DNA of 64,000 nucleotides from Candidatus Melainabacteria bacterium 17Bon1m. Lineage in GTDB: Bacteria; Cyanobacteriota; Vampirovibrionia; Obscuribacterales; Obscuribacteraceae. This document shows positions 1-9,973 of this stretch, piece after piece. The DNA lies in assembly GCA_032128875.1 (NCBI GenBank), contig JAVLKG010000003.1:321008-385007 (forward strand), written 5' to 3'. The translations under genes and the position numbers were made by a program. The notes below the pieces were generated by a model that was not told where the DNA came from, ran no database searches, and worked only from the letters and a program-made list of their open reading frames with translations. Each line of letters opens with the position of its first letter. Position 1 is the first letter of the stretch.

Positions 1-786
1 ATTCTGCACCCGTTCAGTTTTATTGAAGACCCAACGCGAATTATCAGAGCTGCACGGTTTGCAGCGCGTCTTGGCTTCCAGCTCGAGCCAAAGAGTAAAG
101 AGCAAGCCCGTCGCGCTATCGCTATGGGGATTTTTGACGACCTTGGCGGTGTGCGTATACGGACTGAGTTGAAGTTGATTTTGGCGTCTCCGCATCGCGT
201 CAGCGCACTTGATTTGCTGGGGGACTTGGGTGGGCGTTTGCGCTACCTTGATGCAGAACTGGAATATGGTCTTCCCGTTCGCAGTCTACTGAGAAGAGCT
301 GAGCGACTGCTTGAACACTATCCGGTCGAAGAAACCTGGCTTGTCCATCTTGGACTTTTGATTGCTGGATTGCCGAAGGAGCGCCTCGAAGCGTGTTTGG
401 AACGCCTTCAATTGCAAGTGGACCACAAGCAAAAAATACTAAGCGGCTTGCGTTTGCCTGATCAGATCGGCGAGCCAGAGCAAGAACCAAAGCGTAGCCA
501 GATTTATCACCTCTTTCACGGACAATCGAAAGAGTCACTGGCAATCGCGGCGTGTCTGGCACGACCGGGGTCTTTGACCAGACGTATGATCAAACTTTAT
601 CTCGATCAATTAGGTGATACGGAGATTGAACTGACCGGAGCCGATCTTTTAAAGCTTGGATTTGCACAAGGCCCGGGGCTGGGACGTGTGCTGGAGGCTC
701 TTCTTGACGCACGGCTGGACGGCAGCATCCGGTCGCGAGAAGACGAGTTGGCATATGTTCACGCCAACGCGGAGATGGTGCGATAA
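1..786 (+). CDS. CCA-adding enzyme / poly(A) polymerase family nucleotidyltransferase, C-terminal part (5'-truncated by window)
   Basis: Frame is open from base 1 and reads ILHPFSFIEDPTRIIRAARFAARLGF (the EDPxRxxRxxRF motif of class II nucleotidyltransferases). C-terminus has LTGADLLKLGFAQGPGLGRVL. Confidence 0.85.
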   Translation: MLHPFSFIEDPTRIIRAARFAARLGFQLEPKSKEQARRAIAMGIFDDLGGVRIRTELKLILASPHRVSALDLLGDLGGRLRYLDAELEYGLPVRSLLRRAERLLEHYPVEETWLVHLGLLIAGLPKERLEACLERLQLQVDHKQKILSGLRLPDQIGEPEQEPKRSQIYHLFHGQSKESLAIAACLARPGSLTRRMIKLYLDQLGDTEIELTGADLLKLGFAQGPGLGRVLEALLDARLDGSIRSREDELAYVHANAEMVR

Positions 787-813
787 TTTTCTGGTCTACC
801 TTCGTGGGAAACC

Positions 814-1275
814 ATGCCAGAACTTACGATCATTCCTTTCCTCTCTTGTATTCTGACCTTTGTGGTTGTCTACAAGTTTTTGACTCCACGTCTCACTGAC
901 GGCAACGTAGTATTCAAGGAAGTTAGTGTTCAGAGTTTTGCTATATCCTCGTTTACGTACTCACTGTTATTTACTATTCTCAGCTGTCCAATTTCATTTG
1001 CGGTCGCGTCTGCCATCACGCCTTTCGTCAAGGACTTCGTTAACAATGCGGATTATTCGGTCTACATGGCAATGAGCGCAGTGCTCAAATGTGTGATATT
1101 TCAAGCTATCTTTTTTGCAATGTCATTAGTGGCAGGGAAATATTGCAGTAAGGTCATCACTGTGAATGGAAAGCTCAACGCGTGGAAAGCTGCGTGGGTG
1201 CATGCGTTTATCGTGAGTATTTTAGTTGTTGTATTCTCGGTAATCCTGCAGCAATTCATATCTGCGTCGTTTTAG
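814..1275 (+). CDS. hypothetical integral membrane protein (about 4 TM segments)
   Basis: 153-aa ORF with several long hydrophobic stretches; fills the gap between convergent neighbours. Confidence 0.6.
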   Translation: MPELTIIPFLSCILTFVVVYKFLTPRLTDGNVVFKEVSVQSFAISSFTYSLLFTILSCPISFAVASAITPFVKDFVNNADYSVYMAMSAVLKCVIFQAIFFAMSLVAGKYCSKVITVNGKLNAWKAAWVHAFIVSILVVVFSVILQQFISASF

Positions 1276-1300
1276 TCTTTGCAGTCATGATTGTACCTGC

Positions 1301-2302
1301 TCAGAGTTTTCTTTCCGGCACAAGTATTGATACCGCCTGTGGTACTACCTCGATTTGCATAGGTGTTGTTCCGTACGCATCACCGTCGATCATGGCAATC
1401 ACTTCTTTTTGTGGCTCTGGCGGAGGTTCTTCCTCGCCCATGAAAAAGTTCTTTATGGTAGATCCGATCGCTTGAAGTCTTGTTTTCTTTGCTGGTTTTG
1501 GAATTACTTCAACAAGTAGAGACGAAACTTTGCGAATGTAGTACGGTGCTTTACCACCGACAAAACCTCCCGCAAAGCGGAATCCGAGGTCTACGTAGTC
1601 TTGGAATTCTGTGGGGTTCAAGACACAAAGGTCTAGCAAACCGTCATTCAATTCGGCCGTGTCAGAGAGTTTTCCCACACCAAGATCGGAAATGTTGGTG
1701 ATAAAAACTCCAGCAGCTCGCACGATAAACGACTCGCCCACTGTTGTAAGCCTGAAGTTTGCCGGCGGAAGCGCAAGAGTTTGAATCATCGAACTTGCAT
1801 AAGCCAACATTTTCCAATTCACCTTTTCCTGATGATCTGTGGCGATGACCGCGTCGGAAAGCGGACCAGCGCCTGCTGCGACGCAAAAGTATTCTCCGTT
1901 CATTACACCTAAGTCGATCGCCATTGGCTTTCCTGTCATCAGAACTTTAATCGCTTCATCAAGCGGATCGCCGAGTATGTTCTCTTCGTAAATGCCGAGG
2001 TTGCGCGCCAGCTGGTTGCCTGTGCCAAGCGGAAGAATGCCGACTGGAACGCGCGGACGATAACGTGCCACCGCCCCTAGTGCAAAGCGTACTGTTCCAT
2101 CTCCACCTGCTGCTACAACGAGATCGGGATGGGGTACATGCTGGAACATCTCTTGTAAGTCCATGCCCGGCCGCGTCGGCATCACAGTGACGGCGTAATC
2201 AGCTTCTTCGCAGAGGCGGTGCACAATCGCGCCCAGCCACAAGTCTGGTCCTACAGCCGTACCGGCAATTGGGTTGTATACGACTATTGCGTGCTTGTGC
2301 AT
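1301..2302 (-). CDS. diacylglycerol/lipid kinase family protein (YegS/DAGK-like)
   Basis: Motifs VYNPIAG, AAGGDGT, GILPLGTGN, DGLLDL and IDGD. Confidence 0.9.
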   Translation of the reverse strand: MHKHAIVVYNPIAGTAVGPDLWLGAIVHRLCEEADYAVTVMPTRPGMDLQEMFQHVPHPDLVVAAGGDGTVRFALGAVARYRPRVPVGILPLGTGNQLARNLGIYEENILGDPLDEAIKVLMTGKPMAIDLGVMNGEYFCVAAGAGPLSDAVIATDHQEKVNWKMLAYASSMIQTLALPPANFRLTTVGESFIVRAAGVFITNISDLGVGKLSDTAELNDGLLDLCVLNPTEFQDYVDLGFRFAGGFVGGKAPYYIRKVSSLLVEVIPKPAKKTRLQAIGSTIKNFFMGEEEPPPEPQKEVIAMIDGDAYGTTPMQIEVVPQAVSILVPERKL

Positions 2303-2654
2303 TGAATTGTTCTAGGAATTAGCATTACTTTTGTTTCTCTTTGCAACCATTCTTTACTTGCGGCATGCGTGTTTTCAAAGGTAAAGAATATTCTCACACT
2401 CAATTTTCGGCTGCTTTTCTCTTGGTAGTCAACAGGCTGTGAGATGCGTTCTGTCATCTTTTCAAGACCTTGGCAACTATGTCCGATATTGATTGTAAAT
2501 GCGAGATTCTAAGAAGGCTTTCTGTTCCAGCCGATGTGGCTGTGCTAACGTTGTTGAATGATTTCGTTTGACAATTAACTCGATTTCAGTATTGTATTCG
2601 ACACCATCCTGATTCGCATTTCCAAATCCCTAATTATAGGAAGGACGGCATCCA

Positions 2655-3275
2655 TTGCGTGGAACGAAGACCAAAACGAGCGGGCTAGCAGCTTTCGCCC
2701 TGATGGCGTTTGTCGCTTTGCAACCAATTGTGGTGGCACAGCCCAGCGAAGCTCGTCAAAAATCAGAAGGTCCGCATGCAGTTATTGAAGAGGTACACAA
2801 CGGTAAGACGTTCTGTGTAAGCCACGCTTTGATAAAGGCTAAGCCCGACGAAGTTTGGCATATCCTCACGGACTACAACAATGCTCATCGCACTTTTCCT
2901 ATGATGAAGAAGTGCCAGGTTATTGAAGATCGTGGTTGTACCAAGCTGATGAAGCATGTGGTTGCGCCCACCGGAGCTCTTTGCACCTATGAGTACATCA
3001 TTGAGTTGAAAGAGACCGATAAAAAGAGTCTGGAGTGGAAGCGTGTCAGCGGTAGCTTCAAAGAAGTAGACGGCTGGTGGAAGCTGGAGCCAGTTGATGG
3101 CGGAAGGCACACCATGGTCACTTACGGAACCTATGTAAATGGTGGTCTGTTCATTCCTCAGGGCTTGATCAGACGTCAGTTCAGAACTGACATGCCGATG
3201 GTTATGTCAACTTTGACAAAAACCGCCGAAAGCAGCACTCAGATTGCTTCACGCCGAGAGCCTGCTAATCAGTAG
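2655..3275 (+). CDS. secreted SRPBCC/START (polyketide cyclase-like) family protein
   Basis: Signal-peptide-like N-terminus; IKAKPDEVWHILTDY and GSFKEVDGWWKLEP are typical of the family; AGGAAGGA RBS before a TTG start. Confidence 0.75.
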   Translation: MRGTKTKTSGLAAFALMAFVALQPIVVAQPSEARQKSEGPHAVIEEVHNGKTFCVSHALIKAKPDEVWHILTDYNNAHRTFPMMKKCQVIEDRGCTKLMKHVVAPTGALCTYEYIIELKETDKKSLEWKRVSGSFKEVDGWWKLEPVDGGRHTMVTYGTYVNGGLFIPQGLIRRQFRTDMPMVMSTLTKTAESSTQIASRREPANQ

Positions 3276-3289
3276 CAACCAATTATTCA

Positions 3290-3342
3290 GTAGGTGAAGC
3301 GTATGCGCTTCCCTGGCAGGGAGACGCATGCGGCTCCCGTAC
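3290..3342. repeat. 53-bp GTAG-type REP-like double-hairpin element (degenerate copy)
   Basis: GTAG-GTGAAGCGTATGCGCTTCCC-TGGCA-GGGAGACGCATGCGGCTCCC-GTAC; same layout as 13279-13331 and 52120-52172. Confidence 0.8.
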
Positions 3343-3350
3343 GAAATATA

Positions 3351-3379
3351 AAGGGCTCCTCAAACGAGGAGCCCTTCTT
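3351..3379 (+). terminator. intrinsic terminator hairpin
   Basis: AAGGGCTCCTC-AAAC-GAGGAGCCCTT followed by a T-rich tail, downstream of the SRPBCC gene. Confidence 0.65.
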
Positions 3380-3481
3380 GTATTGACTTCTGAAGCCCAT
3401 CTCATGCGTTGCACTTCTTCTTACGTATGCAGGACCGGCGCTATTCTTGCTAGAATACAAAACTTGCGAATACGCATTTGA

Positions 3482-3569
3482 GGAGAGGTACCGAAGCGGT
3501 CATAACGGCGCCGTCTCGAAAGCGGATGGGCGAATAGCCACGTGGGTTCGAATCCCACCCTCTCCGCCA
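3482..3569 (+). tRNA. tRNA-Ser (anticodon CGA)
   Basis: Acceptor stem GGAGAGG/CCTCTCC, anticodon loop CT-CGA-AA, long variable arm, GGTTCGAATCCC T-arm, encoded G-CCA end; 88 nt. Confidence 0.95.
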
Positions 3570-3683
3570 TTTTTCGGACTACACGCATAAGCGTGTGGGA
3601 AAAGATAGGGAAAACGCAAATTCGCTGGGCTTCATGGCGGTTTGCGCCTTTGAGCATTCAGAAAAGAACTTAGGGGATTCACA

Positions 3684-4781
3684 ATGCAGGTAGGGATTGT
3701 AGGACTTTCAGTCACGGGCAAAACTAGCGTGTTCAACGCCGTCAGCGGCGGCTCTGCGCAGGTTGGCGGGTTTTCCGGCAATGAAGCGAATATCGCGGTC
3801 GTCTCGGTCCCGGATGAGCGTCAGAGCTGGCTTGCTGAGTTGTACAAAACGAAAAAGACCACATACGCAACTGTCGAATTAGTCGATGTCGCCGGTGTTC
3901 AGGCCGGGCAGGCCAAAGAAGGCGGCTTCAACCCTGCAATGATGCAAAGCCTCAGGCAGGTCGATGCCCTTGTTCATGTCGTTCGCGTTTTCGACAATCC
4001 TTCTGTTCCGCATCCCGAAGGCAGCATCGATCCTTGCAGAGACGCTGAGCTGTTTGAACTCGAGCTCATAATCGCCGATCTCGGCGTTGTTGAAAAACGC
4101 CTGGAGAAAATCGATGCAGAGATAGGTCGTAAGAAAGGACCTGAAAAACAAACCCTCGAGCAAGAGAAAGAACTGCTTTCCAAATTCAAAGAACAACTCA
4201 CATCCGAAAAACCACTGCGCACAGTCGAGTTGTCTGATGAAGAACAGAAGCTGATTCGTGGCTATACATTTCTATCGCAAAAGCCGATGCTCATCGTCGC
4301 AAACATCGATGAGTCGGACATTGGCAAGGAAAAAATCGACAAGCTGGACAAGCTGCAGTCATTCGCAGACAGCAAGGAAATTCCCGTGCTTACCTTCTGC
4401 GCGAAAACCGAAATGGAAATTGCTCAATTGGATGAAGCTGACCGTGCTGAGTTTATGACAGCGCTGGGCATTGTCGAATCGGGGCGGGAGAAGTTGATCA
4501 AAGCTTCCTATGCGCTTCTTCGTTTGATTGCATTCTTCACGGTAGGCGAAGACGAAGTAAAAGCCTGGACGATCACCAAAGGCACGCCGGCACAAGAAGC
4601 TGCGCGGAAGATTCACTCCGATATTGCTCGCGGTTTTATCCGAGCCGAAGTCGCTCCTTACGAGTCCATCCGCACTTTGGGCACCTGGAACAACGCCAAG
4701 GATAAAGGACAAGTTCGTCTGGAAGGCAAGGAATACCTCGTCGCCGACGGTGATTGCATCAATTTCCGATTTGCTGTCTAG
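3684..4781 (+). CDS. ychF: redox-regulated ATPase YchF (Obg family)
   Basis: VGIVG...GKTS, VDVAG, LVHVVRVF, FFTVGEDEVKAW, IHSDIARGFIRAEV and RLEGKEYLVADGD. Confidence 0.95.
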   Translation: MQVGIVGLSVTGKTSVFNAVSGGSAQVGGFSGNEANIAVVSVPDERQSWLAELYKTKKTTYATVELVDVAGVQAGQAKEGGFNPAMMQSLRQVDALVHVVRVFDNPSVPHPEGSIDPCRDAELFELELIIADLGVVEKRLEKIDAEIGRKKGPEKQTLEQEKELLSKFKEQLTSEKPLRTVELSDEEQKLIRGYTFLSQKPMLIVANIDESDIGKEKIDKLDKLQSFADSKEIPVLTFCAKTEMEIAQLDEADRAEFMTALGIVESGREKLIKASYALLRLIAFFTVGEDEVKAWTITKGTPAQEAARKIHSDIARGFIRAEVAPYESIRTLGTWNNAKDKGQVRLEGKEYLVADGDCINFRFAV

Positions 4782-4821
4782 TTGACGTTGGACTGGAAGT
4801 GCGTTCTGAGGGGGGCGAGGC

Positions 4822-5505
4822 ATGATTGACAGTCGGCAAGGACTTCTTACGGTGCGTGTTCGAGATGGTCTAACTGCTAAAGACCTTGCAACACTATTGA
4901 GCGATCTCGATCTAGCGTATTCGCGCTTTAGTGCATATTTGAAAATTTCTGACAATTTCGACAATCGCATCGTTGAGTATATGCGAGATGTTAGGTTCTC
5001 CGAGTACCATGTTTCCCCTTACTGGAGGTATCAATTTAACCTTCAGGGTGAGAGTCAGTTCGAACCGATAATAGCGGCGGCAAAAAGAGAACGCGGGGAG
5101 TTAAGAATCAAGTCGCTCATCATCCAATCACCTGGATTAATTGAGCTTTTGGCCAGCGCACCTGTACTCGCTCTCATAGGGATGATCTATGTACAGCATA
5201 AGAAGTCGAAGGACGAAAGGCTAAAGATTGAATCAGAAGAGAGAAAAGCCAAAGACCTGAACGCGACAACGAGACATGGCATCGATTCGAAAGAGAGAAC
5301 TGAAAATCGGAAGATTGCGGCTGACTTATATAAGCATTACGTAGATAGAGAGTCGTTTTTCACTGAAGCGGCTCCTGGTCACCCTACGGAGCAATTCATT
5401 GAGGAAATGCTTGAACAGCCGTACAAAAAAATCGAAGGTATGGCAGGTAATAACAGAATAGAAGATATCAGTGCCAGCGAATTAGAAACTGAGGACGAAC
5501 AATAG
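4822..5505 (+). CDS. hypothetical protein with one predicted TM segment and a charged C-terminal region
   Basis: 227-aa ORF with GAGG RBS; no family recognised. Confidence 0.6.
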   Translation: MIDSRQGLLTVRVRDGLTAKDLATLLSDLDLAYSRFSAYLKISDNFDNRIVEYMRDVRFSEYHVSPYWRYQFNLQGESQFEPIIAAAKRERGELRIKSLIIQSPGLIELLASAPVLALIGMIYVQHKKSKDERLKIESEERKAKDLNATTRHGIDSKERTENRKIAADLYKHYVDRESFFTEAAPGHPTEQFIEEMLEQPYKKIEGMAGNNRIEDISASELETEDEQ

Positions 5506-5526
5506 AGCAGTTTCGGCAAGCGATTC

Positions 5527-5554
5527 TTGACTTTTCCTCGCGTAGCTTTATAGT
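5527..5554 (+). promoter_or_regulatory. candidate sigma70 promoter for the desaturase gene
   Basis: TTGACT-16 nt-TATAGT, about 90 nt upstream of the CDS. Confidence 0.4.
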
Positions 5555-5646
5555 TTGCCTAATTACTAGTTTTGCTTAAATACTAGAAGACTGCCAAAAT
5601 GAAACCTATGTCCGCGACGCGGATGAGGTGAAGCAGGTGGATTCCT

Positions 5647-6642
5647 TTGTATCCGGTTGAGATTGCTCAAATCGACGATAAAGAGCTTGCTGAATTCTTG
5701 AGGCAGGCCAAGCCGCGCACCGGGCGCGGGCTGTTAGATTTGATTGTTTGGTCCTGGGGGATGATGATTCTCGGAATCGTCCCATACCTTCTCATGCCTA
5801 ACATCTGGACGTTTGCGCTCGCGTTTGCGTTCGTCACTTCGCGAATGGGAGCGCTGCTAGCATTGGCACATGACGCGCAGCACGCGGCGTTTTTGCCAAA
5901 CAAGAAATGGAATGATCTTGTTGCCGCTTGGCTGTGTGCGTATCCGGTCGGCTCGATTTATGGCTCTTCTCGAGCCGTTCATATGGCTCACCACAAGCTT
6001 CTAGGACAGCCCGACGATCCTGATCGCAATTTCCATTTGGAGAACAACAAGTCGACCGCAAAGGAGTTTGTTGTCTACTTCGTGGGTTTGGTTTTCGGCG
6101 GACAGCTTTGGACAAGCATCGTCAAAAACGGGCTTTTGCTGCCTATGAAACGCGACAAGAAGCGCACAGAGGCAGTGGTGCTGCAACGCACCGGGCATCC
6201 CGAGATTTTGAACCTTGTGCCCGTGCAATTAGTCATCTGGGGCGCGTTGTGGCTTGCCTCCGGTCAGTTTTGGTTGTACTTCGCCCTTTGGCTTTTACCG
6301 ATTTTTACAACCGGCACCTTCCTCGGATTTCTTCGTGGCTTTGTTGATCATGCTCGCCTTAAAGACGATCAGGATGGTCCGATGGAGGGCCGCCTGGTTA
6401 CTGTGTTAAACGTTGGACTCGTCGCACGTTGGTATTTGGCGCCGTTCGATTTTAAGTATCACGCGGAGCATCACTTGTTCCCAACAGTGCCTCACTATGG
6501 TTTGCCAGAACTGCACGCTATCTTGCAGCGCAACTCAGAAATCAGCAAGCACTACATTTGCCGTCCGAGTTACGCGCAGTTCTTAAAAGAATACTGGCAC
6601 CAAATACGCTACCAGCCGGCGGCGATGCCTGAGCAAGGTTAG
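5647..6642 (+). CDS. membrane fatty acid desaturase family protein
   Basis: Three histidine boxes (HDAQH, HMAHH, HAEHH) plus hydrophobic segments. Confidence 0.9.
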   Translation: MYPVEIAQIDDKELAEFLRQAKPRTGRGLLDLIVWSWGMMILGIVPYLLMPNIWTFALAFAFVTSRMGALLALAHDAQHAAFLPNKKWNDLVAAWLCAYPVGSIYGSSRAVHMAHHKLLGQPDDPDRNFHLENNKSTAKEFVVYFVGLVFGGQLWTSIVKNGLLLPMKRDKKRTEAVVLQRTGHPEILNLVPVQLVIWGALWLASGQFWLYFALWLLPIFTTGTFLGFLRGFVDHARLKDDQDGPMEGRLVTVLNVGLVARWYLAPFDFKYHAEHHLFPTVPHYGLPELHAILQRNSEISKHYICRPSYAQFLKEYWHQIRYQPAAMPEQG

Positions 6643-6672
6643 TTTGAATGTCGCTGAAACTGCGAGTATCTA

Positions 6673-7530
6673 ATGGCATCAGCAAAATTGAAAGTCGATA
6701 AGAAGCTGATTACAGGCTATGCTGCTATGTTTCTTTTGGGTGCACTTCTTCTTTCATACGCTGTTTTTATTGAACCGCGTCAGCTGGTCGTGCAAAAATA
6801 TTCATTGGCATTGCCGCATTGGTCTACATCGTTAAACCATTTGAGAGTGGCAGTGTTAACCGATTTGCACGTCGGTTGTTTGAGTGTTCCAGTATCAAAG
6901 CTTCGCCGTGTGATCGCGACGACAAATGCTGAAAATCCCGATGTAATTGTGATGCTTGGAGATTTTGTTGCTACGCACGGTAGGACCACTGCCTTGAGGC
7001 CGGAAGAGTTCGCGCACGAACTTTCTGCTCTGAAGGCGAAGTATGGGGTGTATGCAGTCCTCGGAAATCATGACTGGTGGTACAACGGCGAGGCTGTTCG
7101 TAATGAGCTTCAGAAGGCGAATATACATGTTTTGGAAAACGAATCGAAGGAATTGAAAGTCAACAACACAGCCCTGTGGATAGCAGGCCTCGCAGATCAA
7201 TGGACACGCGCACCAAGTATTCCTCTTGCTGTGAAGCATGTTCCGGTGGGAGCTCCTTGTCTAATGCTGATGCACGAACCTGATTTACTCCGGGAAGTGC
7301 CTGAGTCTGTGAGCTTGTCGCTCGCGGGACATACTCATGGCGGTCAAGTCGCACTGCCATTTATCGGTCCACCAATTCTGCCGACAGAGATGGGAAGCAA
7401 GTTCGCGCGTGGAGTGATTGTGGAAGGGGACAAAACTTTCTTCGTCTCTTCCGGTGTTGGCACAAGTGTCTTGCCCGTGAGATTTTGCGTGCCGCCGGAG
7501 ATCTGTGTGCTTGATTTGACTAGCAAATAG
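6673..7530 (+). CDS. calcineurin-like metallophosphoesterase (YkuE/YaeI type), membrane anchored
   Basis: DLH, GD, GNHD, HEPD and GHTHGGQ motifs. Confidence 0.9.
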   Translation: MASAKLKVDKKLITGYAAMFLLGALLLSYAVFIEPRQLVVQKYSLALPHWSTSLNHLRVAVLTDLHVGCLSVPVSKLRRVIATTNAENPDVIVMLGDFVATHGRTTALRPEEFAHELSALKAKYGVYAVLGNHDWWYNGEAVRNELQKANIHVLENESKELKVNNTALWIAGLADQWTRAPSIPLAVKHVPVGAPCLMLMHEPDLLREVPESVSLSLAGHTHGGQVALPFIGPPILPTEMGSKFARGVIVEGDKTFFVSSGVGTSVLPVRFCVPPEICVLDLTSK

Positions 7531-7534
7531 TGCG

Positions 7535-8002
7535 CTAAAACTCTGTGGTTATTTTGCCTGTGTTAATATCGACGTAATACCAGTTTTTCGTCGCTGTGTG
7601 CGAAGTTTCCGGTCCGTCGTTGACGACTTCGTAAACGTGCACTACGTATGCATTGCCTTCTTTTCTGTCTACGTCGATAACAGGCTTTGCTACCTTCGAT
7701 TTAGTGACAGTTTTGAAAAACTGTTTTACGTCCGGCATTGCCATCACAAGATCAAGAGCTTTTGCTTCGGTGATTTTGCCAGTAGGCGCTTTGTTGGCTT
7801 TAGTGCCTGCTGCTGTCTTTGAAGCCCCTGTGGAAGCGGTTTTATTTGTGCTGGTGGAAGTCGTTTTTGTTTCTGCAGAACTAGTTCTTGCTGCGGTGGA
7901 ACCTGTTTTCGCAGCTTCACCAGCGAAGGCATTTGGAAGGAGTGCGATCGAAACCACCGTCAACGCACCTGCAAAGGCGAACAGCTTCCTTTTGTTTTGC
8001 AT
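7535..8002 (-). CDS. secreted hypothetical protein with Thr/Ala/Lys linker and a small C-terminal beta domain
   Basis: Signal peptide ending AFA; C-terminus YYVDINTGKI resembles PepSY-type domain ends. Confidence 0.65.
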   Translation of the reverse strand: MQNKRKLFAFAGALTVVSIALLPNAFAGEAAKTGSTAARTSSAETKTTSTSTNKTASTGASKTAAGTKANKAPTGKITEAKALDLVMAMPDVKQFFKTVTKSKVAKPVIDVDRKEGNAYVVHVYEVVNDGPETSHTATKNWYYVDINTGKITTEF

Positions 8003-8016
8003 ATGCTCCTTCCCGC

Positions 8017-8967
8017 TTACTGTCTCAGTTTGGCTTTGCCTTGATCCATTATCGCCGCGAGTCGATCTTCACCAATTTCTTCAATACTTGCTGCACGTTC
8101 CACCGGCGCAAAAATGTCGTTGTAAAAAGACTCTGCACGGATAAGCTCTGGCCAGTTAGAAAGTTTATCCCATTCCCCATCGTTTAAGCCTAGCAAGAAG
8201 CGCGCCCTGAAAGGGTCTACGCCTTCCATCTCGAATGCGGCGATGCGTAAATCTCGTCCGGCGCCAGTATCAAAATGCGCGGTGCCGGAACGATCGACAT
8301 CAACATCGCAATAGATATCGAATTTCTTGATCAAGTTCTGAGCCTCTTCAATATATGAATCGTGTACTCGCTTTCCTCGCTCTGTGAGTTTGTAAGCGGC
8401 TTTCTTGACGTCGATTTCAATGTACTGTTCTTTCTCCGCCCATGCGATCAAGTCATCGATATCGGCATTGTCTTTGGTCACGTCGATGGCAAAACCAATG
8501 CCTATTTGGTGGAGAAACATCGCGCGCGCAAGATCTTCCATCAGGCTGGCAGGTTCTTGTGCGCTGCCAGCGTGAGCTTGCTGTGCGGTTTTTGCGCTTG
8601 AAGGCAGGGCTGTATCGGTGATTACGAGATCTAAGCGGTAATACTTAATCCCATCTCTTTCTGACATTGTGCATGCGTTTTTCAATGGGGCGTCTGGATC
8701 GATTTCACGCCCGTTTCCTTTAAAAACGGCACTCTCTTTGATGAATATACCCTGGTCATCGTGAGCGAAGATGTACTGTTGAAGCGCCTTTAGGTCATCC
8801 ACCTGTCCAGCCGGCAAAACGCCTGTCTCAACAAGGGTGTCGAGTTTTTCAGAGCCGATTACATCGAAGACCACATCGATTGCTTTTTGATTCGCCGTAG
8901 CATCATCCAGCGTCAAGACGCAGGAATGATTTTCTCCTGCGTCCGAGAGCCTAAGTTGATATTGCAT
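8017..8967 (-). CDS. hypothetical two-domain protein with winged-helix-like segment
   Basis: 316-aa ORF 2 nt from the upstream lipoprotein gene; YIEIDVKKAAYKLTERGKR resembles a wHTH wing. Confidence 0.7.
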   Translation of the reverse strand: MQYQLRLSDAGENHSCVLTLDDATANQKAIDVVFDVIGSEKLDTLVETGVLPAGQVDDLKALQQYIFAHDDQGIFIKESAVFKGNGREIDPDAPLKNACTMSERDGIKYYRLDLVITDTALPSSAKTAQQAHAGSAQEPASLMEDLARAMFLHQIGIGFAIDVTKDNADIDDLIAWAEKEQYIEIDVKKAAYKLTERGKRVHDSYIEEAQNLIKKFDIYCDVDVDRSGTAHFDTGAGRDLRIAAFEMEGVDPFRARFLLGLNDGEWDKLSNWPELIRAESFYNDIFAPVERAASIEEIGEDRLAAIMDQGKAKLRQ

Positions 8968-8969
8968 GA

Positions 8970-9806
8970 TTAGCGTCTCCGTCCGCCAAATCCGCGCATC
9001 TTGAATCCACTGGAGCGCCTACCGCCCCACATTGATCCCGAGCTGGAGCTAGACGAACTGCCGAATGTCGAAGAAGATGAGCCGCCGCCAAACCAGCTGC
9101 GTTTTCTTTCTGTAGAACCTGAAGAGAAAGTGCTGGAGCCAAATCCGGTTTTGCTAGTTAAGCCGCCGGTAGGCTTTGATTTGAAGCGAGAGAAGAAGCC
9201 CTGATTGGCTGCTTTCTGCGTTTCATATGCCGGGGAAGTGCGCCAGGCGGTTCGGTGGCTGCTGAGCGGTCCCATGCGGTCATAAGGGGTGTAATAGCGA
9301 CCGCCCCATGAATTCATCATGTGTGAAAGCACAAGCATCTGAACGAACGGGCTGTCGAAAATGCTGCGGTGCCCGACATAATGGGCGCTGCCATCATAAT
9401 TGTTGACTCTGTAAGGCATGTCGTTGTTGACGATGTCACCGGTCTGTTCGATAGAGAAAAGCTTTTCGTCATCCTTTTGGAAGCCCTGCTCCTTCTTGTT
9501 GTCGATGTAGCCAGTCACAACGAGGCGATTGTTTTCACGGGTGGCATCGATGGATACAACTTCTTTGCCTTCGTAGATTTCATTGACGCGTTTTTCGAAC
9601 GCGGCCATGCGAGTCTTGAAATCGTCGCCTTTCGCTTCGAAGAAAGCCTTTTGAACTTCATCCAGATTGATTTTGCTGGAGGTTACCTCAATTTCCGGCT
9701 GGCTGGAGACATAGTGCTCGGATCTCGAGCCGGACGAGCAACCTGTAACCGTCAAACCGACGGAAAGAACGCAGAGGGCGCTAAGAATGCTCAGGCAACG
9801 TTTCAT
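8970..9806 (-). CDS. putative lipoprotein with Gly/Ser/Arg-rich C-terminal tail
   Basis: Lipobox VTGC after a hydrophobic N-terminus; low-complexity tail ending GFGGRRR; GGAG RBS. Confidence 0.7.
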   Translation of the reverse strand: MKRCLSILSALCVLSVGLTVTGCSSGSRSEHYVSSQPEIEVTSSKINLDEVQKAFFEAKGDDFKTRMAAFEKRVNEIYEGKEVVSIDATRENNRLVVTGYIDNKKEQGFQKDDEKLFSIEQTGDIVNNDMPYRVNNYDGSAHYVGHRSIFDSPFVQMLVLSHMMNSWGGRYYTPYDRMGPLSSHRTAWRTSPAYETQKAANQGFFSRFKSKPTGGLTSKTGFGSSTFSSGSTERKRSWFGGGSSSSTFGSSSSSSSGSMWGGRRSSGFKMRGFGGRRR

Positions 9807-9973
9807 TTGGATACTCCAAAACTAATACAACTTCACTATAACAACGCGCCAAGGCGAAAATAGCTGAAAGCTCCCATGGATGGGGCTTATAGCCGTTTGA
9901 TGCTACACAATATATTAGCAATTGTAGCGTCATGAAAGTTGCATGACAGGCTGTCTGGCGACACGGTGAGAAA

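Noticed and set aside
3421-3657. 78-aa ORF on the minus strand
   Set aside because: It is the reverse complement of tRNA-Ser (MAERVGFEPT is the classic tRNA shadow).
3482-3684. tRNA-Ser as an integration site for a mobile element
   Set aside because: No integrase follows and I saw no duplicated tRNA 3' end in the window; ychF comes next.
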